Shown here: positions 28,950-46,211 of the stretch, piece after piece
How the letters are laid out: each line of letters starts with the position of its first letter
Position numbering within the stretch: the stretch's first letter is position 1
Source: the human T2T-CHM13v2.0 reference genome, Homo sapiens
Reading direction: 5' to 3' (one strand)
DNA: 64,000 nucleotides
NCBI RefSeq assembly: GCF_009914755.1
Contig: NC_060935.1
Notes under the pieces: model-generated
Seen by the model: only the letters and a program-made list of their open reading frames with translations
Databases searched by the model: none
What the model was told of the DNA's origin: nothing
Position numbers and translations under genes: made by a program

Positions 28950-30420
28950 GAAATATGGTTATTTTTCCTGCACAGAACAAATTTGCTCTTCCTCTGTGGA
29001 GACCTCTTGGGTTTCCCCTATCTCTGGGTTCCAGGTGGGGTTCTGTGGGTTCACATTTGGCCCAGGCCAGCCACAGCATAGTCTACCTCCTGACCAAGGT
29101 CATTGTTTCAGGAATGGGCACAGGGCTCCAGCTGGTCTAATTGTCATCACTCCTGGCCCACCTTCTTCTGGGGTTTTGGAGAAGTGTTGAGCTCTCAGCT
29201 GGAGAGGAGAGGACCAGCAGGTCTTGCTGGCAGCACGCTTGCCCTCACAGGCTGGAGCCGGCCTGAAAAGGACTTAACAAAGGAAGCCAAAGCTGGGAGC
29301 TGGGGAGAGCCAGGCTGCTGATCATACCAGGATCCAGGTATTCCTCATGAAGGATCACACCAGGATCCAGCCATGCCTGAGGAAGGATCACACCAGGATC
29401 CAGCTACGCCTGGGGTGAGATCACATCAGGATCCAGCCATGCCTGAGGAATGATCACATCAGGATCCAGCCATGCCTGAGGTGAGATCACACCAGGATCC
29501 AGCCATGCCTGAGGTGAGATCACATCAGGATCCAGCCATGCCTGAGGTGAGATCACACCAGGATCCAGCCATGCCTGAGGAAGGATCACACCAGGATCCA
29601 GCCATGCCTAAGGTGAGATCACATCAGGATCCAGCCATGCCTGAGGAAAGATCACACCAGGATCCAGCCATGCCTGAGGTGAGATCACATCAGGATCCAG
29701 CCATGCCTGAGGTGAGATCACACCAGGATCCAGCCATGCCTGAGGTGAGATCACACCAGGATCCAGCCATGCCTGAGGTGAGATCACATCAGGATCCAGC
29801 CATGCCTGAGGAAGGATCACACCAGGATCCAGCTATGCCTGGGGTGAGATCACATCAGGATCCAGCCATGCCTGAGGAACGATCACATCAGGATCCAGCC
29901 ATGCCTGAGGTGAGATCACACCAGGATCCAGCCATGCCTGAGGTGAGATCACATCAGGATCCAGCCATGCCTGAGGTGAGATCACACCAGGATCCAGCCA
30001 TGCCTGAGGAAGGATCACACCAGGATCCAGCCATGCCTGAGGTGAGATCACATCAGGATCCAGCCATGCCTGAGAAAAGATCACACCAGGATCCAGCCAT
30101 GCCTGAGGTGAGATCACACCAGGATCTAGCCATGCCTGAGGTGTGATCACATCAGGATCCAGCCATGCCTGAGGTGAGATCACACCAGGATCCAGCCATG
30201 CCTGAGGCAGGATCACACCAGGATCCAGCCATGCCTGAGGTGAGATCACATCAGGATTCAGCCATGCCTGAGGCAGGATCACACCAGGATCCAGCCATGC
30301 CTGAGGAAGGATCACACCAGGATCCAGCTATGTCTGATGCGACATCACACCAGGATCCAGCCATGCCTGACACAAGACCATGCCATGGATGTTCTAATTG
30401 TGCATGCCATAACCTCTGAG
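28950..30420 (+). mobile_element. Ancient MLT1 (J/K-like) LTR hosting the 33-bp minisatellite
   Basis: Left flank gtcattgtttcaggaatgggcacagggctccagctggtctaat, right flank ccatggatgttctaattgtgcatgccata, and the unit core ggatccagccatgcctga all resemble MLT1; a paralogous motif is at 33280-33300. Confidence 0.55.
29320..30370 (+). repeat. 33-bp minisatellite (VNTR), 32 units, consensus GATCACAYCAGGATCCAGCCATGCCTGAGGTGA
   Basis: Units start at 29320+33k (for example 29353 and 30310); BamHI site in almost every unit. Confidence 0.97.
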
Positions 30421-30944
30421 AAGGAGCATGCTTAATGTAGGTTACAAGGTTTCCATCTCTCAAAACTGCAGGATTCCTTGCTGATGGGGAAACAGCAAGC
30501 GGGGAGTGGGGTGTTGCATATGGCAAACTAATGTGTGGGATTGGTGGGGTCTGCGTGGGGTATGGAGGGGGACAGTGAGCTTCTTCTCAATGCCCAGCTG
30601 TGCCATTTGTGATGCTGGCGGGAAGGTGGCAAGTTGTTATGCAAGTTCTACTTTGTGTAAACTCTGATGTTGTGCTCAGACTGTGTGTGTCTGCTGAGGA
30701 AGGCCTGACATGCATTTGCTGGGACTGCTATTACAAAGCTGCAGGCCAGGCGGCTTACACAACAGACATTGATTCTCCCACAGTCCTGGAGGGTGGAGGT
30801 CTGAGATCAAGGTGTCAGCAGGGCTGGTTCCTCCTGAGGCCTCTCTCCTTGGCTGGCAGACTCTGCTACCTTCTCCCTGAGTCACAAGGTTATCCTTCTG
30901 TGTGTGTCTGTGTCTTCATCTCCACTTCTTATAAGGACACCAGT

Positions 30945-31289
30945 TGATATCGTTTGGCTGTGTACAATTCATCTTGAATTGTAGTTCCCATCAGGAGGAA
31001 CTCGGTAGGAGGTAATTGAATCATGGGGGTGGTTACGCTCATGCTGTTCTCATGATAGTGCGTGGGTACTCGTGTGATCTGATGGTTTTATAAGGGGCTT
31101 CCCCCTTTGCTTGGCACACACTTCTCTTGCCTGCCACCAGGTAAGACGTGCCTGTTTTGCCTTCCATGATTGTAAGTTTCCTGAGGCCTCCCTAGCCATG
31201 CAGAACTGTGAGTCAGTTAAACCTCTTTTCTTTATAAATTACCCAATGTGTGGTATGTATTCATAGCAACATGAAAACAGACTAATACA
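30945..31289 (+). mobile_element. THE1-type solo LTR nested in an antisense MLT1 LTR (~30700-31350)
   Basis: tgatatcgtttggctgtg ... acagactaataca; 5-bp TSD CCAGT. Confidence 0.88.
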
Positions 31290-31479
31290 CCAGTCATGTG
31301 GGATTAGGGTCTACCCTAATGACCTCATGTTAACTTAATCACCCCCCTAAAGAATGTAGGGGGTCCTATCCAACAAAATCAGTATTCTGGGGGCTGAATT
31401 ACCTGAAAATGGGAATAACTGATCTGTGCAGAGAGGTCCCTTCCAACAGGGATTAGCAATTCAAGGAGGTTGACAGTTG

Positions 31480-34110
31480 TCATAGTTAGTTCCTGCTGCT
31501 ATAACAAAATACCTTATACCTGGTACTTATACTTATGATGAGTAGAAATTTCTTTCTAGGCAAGAGGATTGCTTGAGCCCAGGGCTTTAAGATCAGCCTG
31601 GGCAACATACCAAGACCCCATCTCTACAAAAAATAAAAAATAGCTAGGGGTGGCGGCTTGCACCTGTAGTCCCAGCTACTCAGGAGGCTGAGGCAGGAGG
31701 ATCACTTGAGCCCAGGAGTTCAAGTCTGCAGTGAGCTATGATTGTGCCACTGTACTCCAGCTTGGGTAACATAGTGAGACCCTGTCTCAAAAAGTAAAAA
31801 AAAAAAAAAAAAAAAAGAAGAAAGAAATTTATTTCTCTCAGTTCTGGAGGCTGGGAAGTCCAAGATCAAGGTGCCAGCAGACTTGGTATCTGGTGAAGGC
31901 CCAGTCTTGCCTTCATAGTGGCACCTTTTCCTATGTCCTCACATGGCTGAAGGGCAAAAGGGGCTGGCTAGTTTCCCCGATCCCTCTCATAAGGGCACCA
32001 GTCACCTCCTAAAGTTCTCACCTCTTAATATTATCACACTGGTGGTTAAATTTTAACATATGAATTTTGAAGGGACACATACACTCAAAACTATAGCAAG
32101 AGTCAAGTGAGCTAAACTTGTAGGCAGCGACGAATGCCCCACTCCACACTGAAGTCCCGGCAAAGGCAGGGGTCCTGCCAGCCAACCTGAGAAAGTCCCT
32201 CCAGGGCACGCTTCCTGCCTGAGAAGCTGGATGTCATCCCAACTGTGAGAGCCATCTGTCCCCTCAGCTGTGACCTGGGGATGGGGGCAGAGCAGATGAA
32301 CCATGTTGGGGAAATAGAAATCAAGACCTAAAGGAACACACAGACTCATAAACACAAAAGTAGCAGATTTTATCAGTGAGCAGCAACAGCAAACAACAGC
32401 CCAGCCCAGGATGTGGGGAGGTAGCCCCACATGGCTACAAAGCTACAGTGGATCTGCGCTCTGTTTCTATGGAACGAAAGCTACAGTTGGCTGTTATTCC
32501 AGCTTGTGTTGGTAGTTACATTGACGCGGGGTGATGTCCTGATTTTCCTACCTCTTTTATCAGTTCCTCCCATGGCTGTCCTGGCAGTGCTCCTATAGTC
32601 ACAGTTTTTGACATTCTTCAGGAGGATTAAATTCAGTTCAGTTCCTTGCAGTGTCCCCCCAACCCCGCAGATATTGCATGACTGACAGAGCCAGGTTGCA
32701 GACCAGGAAGAGCTGGGGAAAATCAGAGGAACATCTTGGCCCTGGTGCCAATTGAAGGACCGTGACTCTGCAAGGCCTTGGCTTTGATTATGGGAGTTGA
32801 TGGGACGCACATATTCCACAAGACAACCATGCTTTTAAGAGAGTTGGAGGCCAGCCAAATCCCAAACCTGGCCAGCCAATGGCCATGACGTCCATGGCCC
32901 CGATGTTGTTCGGTGGGGGATTGTGACCTCACTTCTGGCTTCATTTGAGTTTAACATGCTCCAGACTTGGACAATCAGCCTATTCCACCCCATTGGCTCC
33001 ATAATTCGTTTTGGGAAAAGTACATCAGTCTCTAGTCCAAGAAGACTCAATTGCAATTTATCCAACAAGAGTCAGTCCCAGAAGTTTTCTGGGAAGTACT
33101 GTGGAAAAGGAACTCTCCTCCTTCTGGAGTCACGGAGCTGGTGGGACGGAAGGAAGTCTGCACAGTGGGAACCCATTATGCCAACTAAGGGGGAGTGCCT
33201 GCCTGAGAAAAAGGTCACAGTGGAGAGCAGAGCTGATGGAGAGAGAGAAACAGGTTCCTGATGACACTGTTAGGTCACCTGGATCGACCCATGCCTGAAG
33301 CCGTGATATTTTGGAGCTTTTAGTTACTAAAGCAAATACATTCCTTTCCCTTTGATCCAGTTTGACCTCAGTTTCATTCTCTTGCTGCCCAAAACATCTC
33401 CACTTATGCAGTTACCCAAATGACAATTAAGTGTGTCTGGGTTCCTTGGTTGAGACAGCTATTATCAGCCCTGTCTGACTTAAGGAAAAAATAAAAAAGA
33501 TAGACATTCATTGGAAGCCTGTGAAGGAGCTGCTGAATTGACTGTTGCCTAGAGAACAGGCTGGAGAAGTACAGGAGCTACTCAAGGGCCAGAAGTGGCC
33601 AGGGCGCCTTCTCTCGTTGGTTTACTTGTGTCGAGCTTCAGTTCTCTGGGAGTGTAGGTGTCAGTGGGCAGCCCTAGGCTGTGTATTGGTTTTCCGTGCT
33701 GCCATAAATACCAGAAACTTGGTGGCTTAACACAACTGGAATTCATTCTCTCACAGTGTTGGAGGCCAGAAGTCTGAGATGAAAGCAGGGTCAGGTTGGC
33801 TCCCTCTGGATGCTCTAGGGGAGGATCCGCTCTTTGCCCCTTTCCCAGCTTCTGGTGGCTCCTACAACCCTGGCGTTCCTTGCCTTGTAACTGCCTCACT
33901 CCAGCCTCTGCCTCCTTCATCAGGCAGTGTTCTCCTTTCCATCTCTGTCTGTTCACATGGCTTTCTGATAAGGACACCTGCCATATTGGATTGGGGCCCT
34001 CACTTCTCCATATGACCTCATCCTAGCTAAGTACATCTGCAAAGACCCCATTTCCAAATCAGGCCACATTCTGAGATTCTGGTGAGTGCGGCATTTTGGG
34101 ATACACCCTT
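31480..34110. mobile_element. MaLR LTR fragments (~31480-32100 -, with Alu ~31559-31820; ~32940-33400 +; ~33680-34110 -)
   Basis: ctcagttctggaggctgggaagtccaagatcaagg; ggttcctgatgacac...catgcctgaagcc; ctcacagtgttggaggccagaagtctgagat. Confidence 0.7.
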
Positions 34111-34877
34111 TCACCCAGTGCAGGCCACGCCTGTCCCTGGTTGTATGAGACGATGAGGAGGATTTTCAGCAAGGGGTTCCTTATGCTTCCAGGGCACAAG
34201 GTACTGGATTTACCCTCTCATCAAGTCAGGGTGGCCATTCCTACCAAGGGTGTTCTGGATGCTTTAGAAAGGGGATTGGACGTTGGACCCACCGCAGGCA
34301 ATAGGGCCACCTATCTGTACACGTCCTTTCTCTAGTGCATGCACTTCCCAAATATCCCTCTCCCCATGGCCAGAGCATCCGAGAATGTCCTGGCGCATCC
34401 TTCGCCACATATGTCCCCAGTCCTGGGGGACAGCATCCTCTGGGTCCTCTGTGGGGAGTGGTGAGTGGCAGAGTGGCTGCCGTGGGAGATTCACCTGTTT
34501 TTTTCTGACGTATTTGAGTTCTTCCCTCTACATTCTATGCAGCGGGCTTTCTGTCCTCTGACTTCCCTGGCCTGGGTGAGTTTCAGATCCATGCTAACCA
34601 GATTCTTAGGCCACATCCAACCCTGTGGGCCTGGCCGTGGGACGCAGGGGCTCTATAAATGCACGCATATCGACGCATTCCATTCGATCTTCAATAACGG
34701 ACTCCCTCCTCTGTTAAGCGCTCCCAAAATGTCATTCCCACAGAAATCACCCAGATGTTGAACAGCAGAGTATGAAATTCCTGCGTTCCTCTCCAGCCAC
34801 CCTGGGTCACGCAGGGATCTGATCCAAGGTAAGGATGACTGTGAGGGTAGGGCGGGGGGAATCTTGTTTCCTGTAAT

Positions 34878-34920
34878 GCAGCTCCCTGGAGAGGGCAGCA
34901 GCTCCCTGGAGAGGGCAGCA
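34878..34920 (+). repeat. 20-bp perfect tandem duplication
   Basis: (gcagctccctggagagggca)x2 followed by gca. Confidence 0.9.
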
Positions 34921-35304
34921 ACTCTTCTAGGAAGGCTGGGACCGCCTCCTCAGATCGGGGAGGACGACCTCCTTCAGGCAGAAGAAGCCCCTGGGTGGTT
35001 CTTCACGGTTTGGCTGGTTGGGGTCAGGATCTGTCCTGTGTCTTCCGGGAATTTCCGAATGTCTCCTTTTCCATGGATGGATGTGCAGCCTCTTACAAGG
35101 AATGCCTGGCTCATGGTGAGTGCTCAGAAATGTTTGTGGAGTGAATAACAGACCCATGAAGCTGTGAATTCCACAGGCGTCTGATCTAGCCAACTGCAGA
35201 AGTGCATCGTGAGAGTTGCTTTTCCCAAATCAATCAGCGCCCAGGCTACAAAAACAGGCAGAGGAGGTGGTTCTTCCAGCACTGCATAGGAAGTCTTAGG
35301 TTTC

Positions 35305-38602
<3,298 letters not shown>

Positions 38603-38737
38603 GCAGCAGCAATGACCTGTTGAATGTGCTGGATGGCTTTACTTTAATGCCTCCTCTGAGACACACTTGTGCTGTGCCGCATGCCAAGCATATAGTGGAC
38701 ACCTATTATTGACCCTCTCAGCCTGAGATGGTAGAAG

Positions 38738-39479
38738 TCTAACTGCCCAATGGGTTCACCTTGCCCATTTAGACAAGAGCCCATTTAGACAGAGCCCATT
38801 TATCAAGACGGGAATTGCAATGGAGAAAGAGTAATTCATGCAGAGCTGGCTGTGCAGGAGACTGGAGTTTTAATAATTCTCAAATCAGTCTCTCTGAGCA
38901 TTTGGGGATCAGAGTTTTTAAAGATCATTTGGTGGGTAGGGGCTTGGGAAGTGGGGAGTGCTGATTGGTCAGGCTGGAGATGGAATCACAGGGGATCAAA
39001 GTAAGTTTTTCTTGCCGTCTTTTGTTCCTGGGTGGGATGGCAGAACTGGTTGAACAAGACTACCGGTCTGAGTGGTGTCAACTGGTCCATCGAGTGCAAG
39101 GTCTGCAAAATATCTCAAGCACTGATCTTAGGTTTTACAATAGTGATATTATCCTCAGGAGCAATTTGGGGAGGTTCAGACTCTTGGAGCCAGAGACTGC
39201 ATGACCCCTAAACTGTAATTTCTAATCTTGTAGCTAATTTGTTAGTCCTGCAAAGGCAGACTGGTCCCCAGGCAAGAAGGGGGTCTTTTTGGGAAAGGGC
39301 TGTTATCAATTTTGTTTCAGAGTCAAACCATGAACTGAATTCCTTCCCAAAGTTAGTTGGGCCTATGCCCAGGAATGAACAGGACAGCTTAAAGGTTCGA
39401 AGCAAGACAGAGTTGGTTAGGTCTGATTTCTTTCACTGTCATAATTTCCACAGTTATAATTTTTGCAAAGGTCGCTTCA
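38738..39479 (-). mobile_element. LTR8-like ERV1 solo LTR
   Basis: The - strand begins TGAAGCGACCTTTGCAAAAATTATAACTG...GACAGTGAAAGAAATCAGACCTAACC; the other end is taactgcccaatgggttcaccttgccc. Confidence 0.75.
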
Positions 39480-40061
39480 ATCAGAAGGAGCTGGAGCCAA
39501 CAGTCAAGGAGCGGCCAGAGGAATTTGATTCCAGGGCTGGTTCTGCCACTTGGCAGCTGTCACTATCTAAGGGAGACAATGTTCCCACCTACCTCAGGGA
39601 GTGACCTGAAGGTTAAATCAGACCATGATGTTCTGTCTCATGTGCACGGATGAGGGAGAGGAGGCCTCAGGTCGTGACAACTGGCCAGTGTGCCCCAAAG
39701 ACTGGACAGAAAGTAAAAGCTCAGACATTCACCTGGGGTCCACAACAGAGACAGGCACATAATAGGGGTCTGAGAAATGTTTATTCAGTGCATGAATAAG
39801 TTATGTTAACATCCTGTTAATTTCAGAGCATCAGTTCCTAGACAGTATCACAAATGGCAACATGAAGAGTTAGGGAAAAAGAAAACAGCATGAATTTGCA
39901 TCGTGGGGCAATGCTTTGGCGTATTGATTGTGCCTTGCTTTTCCTGCAGTCCTTTTCTGCCCCTTTCTTTCCTTTCTTGCAAACAAGGCAGGAGCTGCTC
40001 TGGTTGAGACAGTGAGAACTTGCCTATATCACCTCTCCTGGCCCACCAGAGTGCATGGCTG

Positions 40062-40996
40062 TGTGTCTGGAATTGGTGGGTTCTTGGTCTCACTGACTCC
40101 AAGAATGAAGCCGTGGACCCTTGCGGTGAGCGTTACAGCTCTTAAGGTGGTGCGTCTGGAGTTTGTTCCTTCTGATGTTCGGATGTGTTCAGAGTTTCTT
40201 CCTTCTGGTGGGTTCGTGGTCTCACTGGCTCAGGAGTGAAGCTGCGGACCTTCGCGGTGAGTGTTACAGCTCTGAAGGCGGCATGTCTGGAGTTGTTCGT
40301 TCCTCCCAGTGGGTTCGTGGTCTCACTGGCTTCAGGAGTGAAGCTGCAGACCTTCCCAGTGAGTGTTACAGCTCATAAAGGCAGTGTGGACCCAAAGAGT
40401 GAGCAGTAGCAAGATGTATTGCAAAGAGCGAAGGAACAAAGCTTCCACAGTGTGGAAGGGGACCTGAGCGGATTGACACTGCTGGCTCCGGCAGCCTGCT
40501 TTTATTCTCCTATCTGGCACCACCCACATCCTGCTGATTGGTAGAGCCAAGTGGTCTGTTTTGACAGGGCACTGATTGGTGCGTTTACAATCCCTGAGCT
40601 AGGCCCAGCGAGAAATTGAGCGCAGCACCAGTGGGATAGCACTGCTGGGGGACCCAGTACACCCTCCGCAGCCGCTGGCCTGGGTGCTAAGCCCCTCATT
40701 GCCTGGGGCCGGCCAGCTGCTCCGAGTGCGGGGCCCGCCAAGCCCACTCGCACCTGGAACTCCAGCTGGCCCGCAAGCGCCGTGCGCAGCCCCGGTTCTT
40801 GCTCGCGCCTCTCCCTCCACACCTCCCTGCAATCTGAGGGAGCCGGCTCCAGCCTTGGCCAGCCCAGAAAGGGGCTCCCACAGTGCAGTGGTGGGCTGAA
40901 GGGCTCCTCTAGTGCCGCCAAAGTGGGAGCCCAGGCAGAGGAGGTGCCGAGAGCGAGCGAGGGCTGTGATGACTGCCAGCACGCTGTCACCTCTCA
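40062..40996 (-). mobile_element. LTR12C-like (ERV9) solo LTR with internal deletion
   Basis: The - strand starts TGAGAGGTGACAGCGTGCTGGCAGTC and ends CCCACCAATTCCAGACACA; 4-bp TSD GCTG; U5 repeats gtgagtgttacagctc. Confidence 0.92.
40500..40579 (-). promoter_or_regulatory. LTR12 core promoter remnant: two CCAAT boxes and an AATAAAA TATA-like box
   Basis: attgg at 40575-40579 and 40537-40541; ttttatt at 40500-40506. Activity is not shown. Confidence 0.55.
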
Positions 40997-41173
40997 GCTG
41001 GACTACATTTCCCAGACTCCTCTGTGGTATGGGTCACATGACTGAACTCCAGCCAGTGGAATGCTTCATGGTAGAGGCCTGCCATGTTTGACCTCTCCTC
41101 TTTTCTCCTCCCATCCTCTGGCTGAATGAGAGGCCATGAGGATCTGGCAGAGGGCAGAGCCATAAGGTAGAAG

Positions 41174-42282
<1,109 letters not shown>

Positions 42283-43289
42283 GAAGCCTGGGTCTCTGAG
42301 TGACAGAGTAGAGCAGAGCCTCCCATCCACCTGCATTGGTCTATGGTATAAGCAAGAAAACTTTCATTATGCTGCACCATGAGATTTGAGAACGCTTTAT
42401 TACAGCAATTAGCCAGTGGAGGTGATGGAAGTTGCAGATAAATTTGGGACTCTGGGAACAAAAATCAGGTGACCTGATAATGGCTGCCACAGGAAGTAGA
42501 TAACGACAAGGATGGAGGAGACAATGTCCAGTCCGTGGGAGGCCACGACTGAGAGGCAACTCCTGGGATGGGGAGTGGGGAGCCTGGAGTTGACTGGGCC
42601 CTTCCTGAACTGACTGCACCCAAGTCTCTGCCAAGAGTCCTACTGGGGGCTCCAGAGAAAGGAAAGTACCATGATAGAAAATAAAGAACTTGGTACTGTT
42701 TGCCTCCTGACGCTGTGGTCTGCAGCATTTATGTATGCTTTGTTCATCTCTATTAAACAAGCAATCTGGAAGCCACCTATTTCCAAACCAAACCAAGCTG
42801 TGTTTGTTGGCCTGATCAAGCTGTTCTTGTCAGGAATTCCTTTCTGGAATCACTTTTGATTGTTTAGAACATGTGTTCTTGATCCAGTTTCCTGCGGCAG
42901 CCCGCAGGGGCCTCAGGGGGAGTGCAGGGTGAGGTTGATTGTTCCCATTACACAGCTGGGGAAGAAGAGGCCACAGGGGGGAATACCTGGCCTGAGGGAA
43001 CCCAGAAGGCAGAGGGGAGCCCCCGTCTCCTCACTCCCAGAGCCAGGCCCTGTCCCCATCAGTGAGTGGTGGGAGGACCCTCATCCTCCCTCCGCATCTG
43101 GTTCCCACCTGGGACCCCACAGGGCTGAACCTTGGGATGGGATTGGGGAAATCGGGGGCTCAACAAGAAAACTTGTTTCAGCAAAGGATTGAGCTGTCAG
43201 ACAGTGTGGACTATGCTACTGGAATTTTATGGTTATTCACACGGAAATCTCCAGCGCTCTAGTGTGGCCAGAGGGCTCGCTGCTCCTGG

Positions 43290-44240
43290 TTGGATCCAGG
43301 GTTTATGGAACCTAAAATTTCTACAGGATTTGGGGCCCTTTTTAAGGGGGAAGAAAAGAAGGAAGGAAAGTTACAAATACAAAATTAGGTATGAAAATGA
43401 ATACTTATTTAGAATGAGAAAGTAAATCAAACATTGTTTTTTAAGCAAGAGCAGGTAACACAAACTTCATAAAATATTAAAAGCCCTATAATATTTTTAA
43501 TAATTAGCTGCTTAACAAACCTTTCTAATATTTGTCCTACATTTTTGGCTGCATACTGTTGCTTGCCTCTTCATAGATCAATTTTGTACACTTTCTATGG
43601 AGAAAAGAGAAAGATAATTGTGTTTTTCCTCATTGATTGGATTTATTTTAAGTGAGTGATAGCTGGATACATAAAACATGCAACTTCACACAGAGACGTT
43701 TTTGCCATTTGTATTCCTGCTCCAGCATTTTGGATACAAAAACAGGGTGTCTCATGAATGGTACTTTCACATTTCCCAGGAGAAAAGAGGTATGGTATGT
43801 GTTCTGATTACACATGCTGCATTAGCAAGGATCTTGCTAACAGGTGAGACCTGCTCTGAGCAGGCACCCGTGAGAACAGAACCCCCCATTTAGAGTTGTA
43901 CATCTGGGGATTGGAGGATTCTTCTATAAGCTAGCTTCTGATTCTGTACATTTCAAATCTTATTTCTTCTCTGTTACCCACTCCCCCACATACTTCCTTT
44001 ATCTGTTCATTTTTTCAGGCAGCTCTTTGCACGATGCCCGGGGAGCTGGCACAGCAGGCAGTGGCAACGTTTCTGGGAGCCATTCCTACCCTGGGGTGCT
44101 AGCAATTGCCTAACCACACACAGAAGTGATCGGAAACCACATAAATGCACCTCACTAAGCCCAAACTGCAGGGACCCCCTAACTCCTCTTCCACTCAGCC
44201 CCACCCCCCAAATACCTGTGGGCACACCAGTGCCACCTGA
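43290..44240. mobile_element. Second Zaphod/MER115-like hAT remnant
   Basis: ggatccagggtttatggaacctaaa...tacaaatacaaaattagg...cttatttagaatgagaaag is clearly homologous to 35860-36300. Confidence 0.55.
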
Positions 44241-46211
44241 CCTAAAGTGGAGTGTGATGGAGGTACCGGAGTAGAAGGTCTAACAGATATATCATTTTAT
44301 ATGTTTTATCGAAACATAACATCATTGTGTGAACAATTTCTAGGGCTCCTCCCCTTGCAAATGAGGGGCCCTGTGGTAGCCACTGAGTGCTAAGAAGCGA
44401 GATGGTCTTCCTACCAACCGTCGGCTTTAGACTGGGCCACCTCGTGGCTGCCCAGGTTGGAGAAGGGTTGTGAAGCATGGGGTTTGTAGTCAGAAGATAT
44501 GGGTTGGATCCTGGACAAAACGTGGGCTGTAAAGCACTGTACAGGCATCAGTTACTCTTACTGGCCAAATGAGCACTTGTTAAGTGCATCTGGCATTTGA
44601 GGCCAGTGCTGGTACCAAGTGCTCCGCTAAATGCTGGAACGACTGAGAAAGAGCCACCACTCTGCCTCGCATGCTTCTCTGGGACACACAGACCTGGGGG
44701 CCTGAGCCCTAGGTGGGAAAGCACTCAGAGGTAATTTCTCCTTCTGGGAGGGCTGCACAGCCCCCAGCCCAGGGCAATGAACACCCAGGGGGAGCCCAGG
44801 AAGGGGAGTCCTGTCCAGGGCACAGTCTTCGAGTCCCCAGGACACCATCACCTGCCACGGCACAGAACCGCAGGCTGTGAGAGTTGATTCCAGGGGTGTA
44901 TTTTATAGCTTACTGATGAGCTGTCCTCTCCTGTCTCAGAATCTGACCTGTGCCCTGGCTGGCTCGAAGGCTCCATCTTTTGGGAGGAGACTGAAAACTG
45001 CTTCAGAAAGATGCCAAGAGAAAGAACAAGATCATTTTCACCTTCTGACGTGAAAAACAGGATGACGCAGCCAGGTGCCAGGCTTGCAGGCCAGGCTGTG
45101 GTCTGGAGACAGGATCTTTCCACTTCCGTCTTTCCTCCTCCCTCACCTCTTTAAGTCCAGGACTGACTCTGCAGGGACCTCCTGTCTTGCACCCCCTCCA
45201 TGCAAGCCCCGAGCCTCGAGGCTGGATGCTGGGTGGTAGGAAAGGGCTGTGATTTGTGGAAAGTGCAGGAAACATCTGCCTTGTTCTGGACCCAGGGGAC
45301 TGTGGGAAGGAAAGGGGGAGGGAGGAGAGTGGAGCCAGCTGATGTGTGTCCCAGATGTTCCGTCTTTGGGCTTTTGGGCAAAGTGAGGGGGCCCTGGGAG
45401 GGACAGTCAGTGAGGTATGAGACTCTGGCTCTGGGGGACACTGCCTGGAAGGCTGCCCTCCACTGCCTGGGGCACTGTCCTATCAGCATCTGCTGGAGTG
45501 ACTGCCAGTGAAGCCAGGCAGAGGCTCTTCCCTTCCCAGTGCGGCCTGGAGGAAAGCGAACAGGCCTGCCCTGGGTGCGAGGGGTGACAGGGTAAGGCGA
45601 CCTCATAGCAAATGCCAGGGGTCAAGGGCTGGCCAGGGGTCAGAGGGATGGTGGGGCAGAGTCTCATGGCCCACAGCCAGCGAGATCCGGGTCGGCGATG
45701 GCGACACCGTTTACTTGCCAGACTTCAGGCACACCTGGGGAAAGGTGCACGGGGGCACCACCTTGGTGGCCAGTTGATGCCACCCAAGGACCAGCATAGG
45801 GCCAAAGATCACCCGAGGTCACCTGCCTCCTCCACAAAGATGCCGTCTTAGGCAGAGAAGGTGGTTGGGAGAAAGCTTTCATATTCAAATGAGATTCCTG
45901 TTATCCACCCATAGATAACCAGCTTAAAGCAGGGTAGGGCTAAAAGCTAATATTTTCCCCCAACCAGATAATCTGCTATAAACAAATAAATTGCATCTTC
46001 CAGCGGGGTTGCATTGTGAGATCCAGGACACAGGTGTTGTGGGGAGTTTTGACATGCAGGGAAGTGACCCCCACATGCAGCTGCAAAGTCCTTGGGGCTC
46101 CCCCAAGAAGGCGGGCCAGACACTTGGCAGGGACGAGGTGGGAGGCAGCTCACGGCTCGGGAATCTCCAGGGCATGGGCTCGCACAGGTGGGAAGCACCT
46201 GTGGGCGGCTC

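Noticed and set aside
29320-30370. CRISPR-like array (33-bp periodicity)
   Set aside because: Head-to-tail repeats with no unique spacers and no cas genes, in human DNA; this is a minisatellite.
32481-32819. ORF with CQSCNICG, possibly a zinc-binding or env-like remnant
   Set aside because: Too short and degenerate, and lies among LTR debris; a tBLASTn/Dfam search would be needed.
34691-34921. HTLLFNI resembling the reverse transcriptase SPLLFNI motif
   Set aside because: A single weak motif with no YADD or other RT motifs seen.
44880-46211. MRGPRD polyadenylation signal
   Set aside because: I found no canonical AATAAA/ATTAAA on the - strand, only the variants AGTAAA (~45710) and TATAAA (~44902), so it cannot be assigned. 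The AATAAA near 45985 is on the wrong strand.
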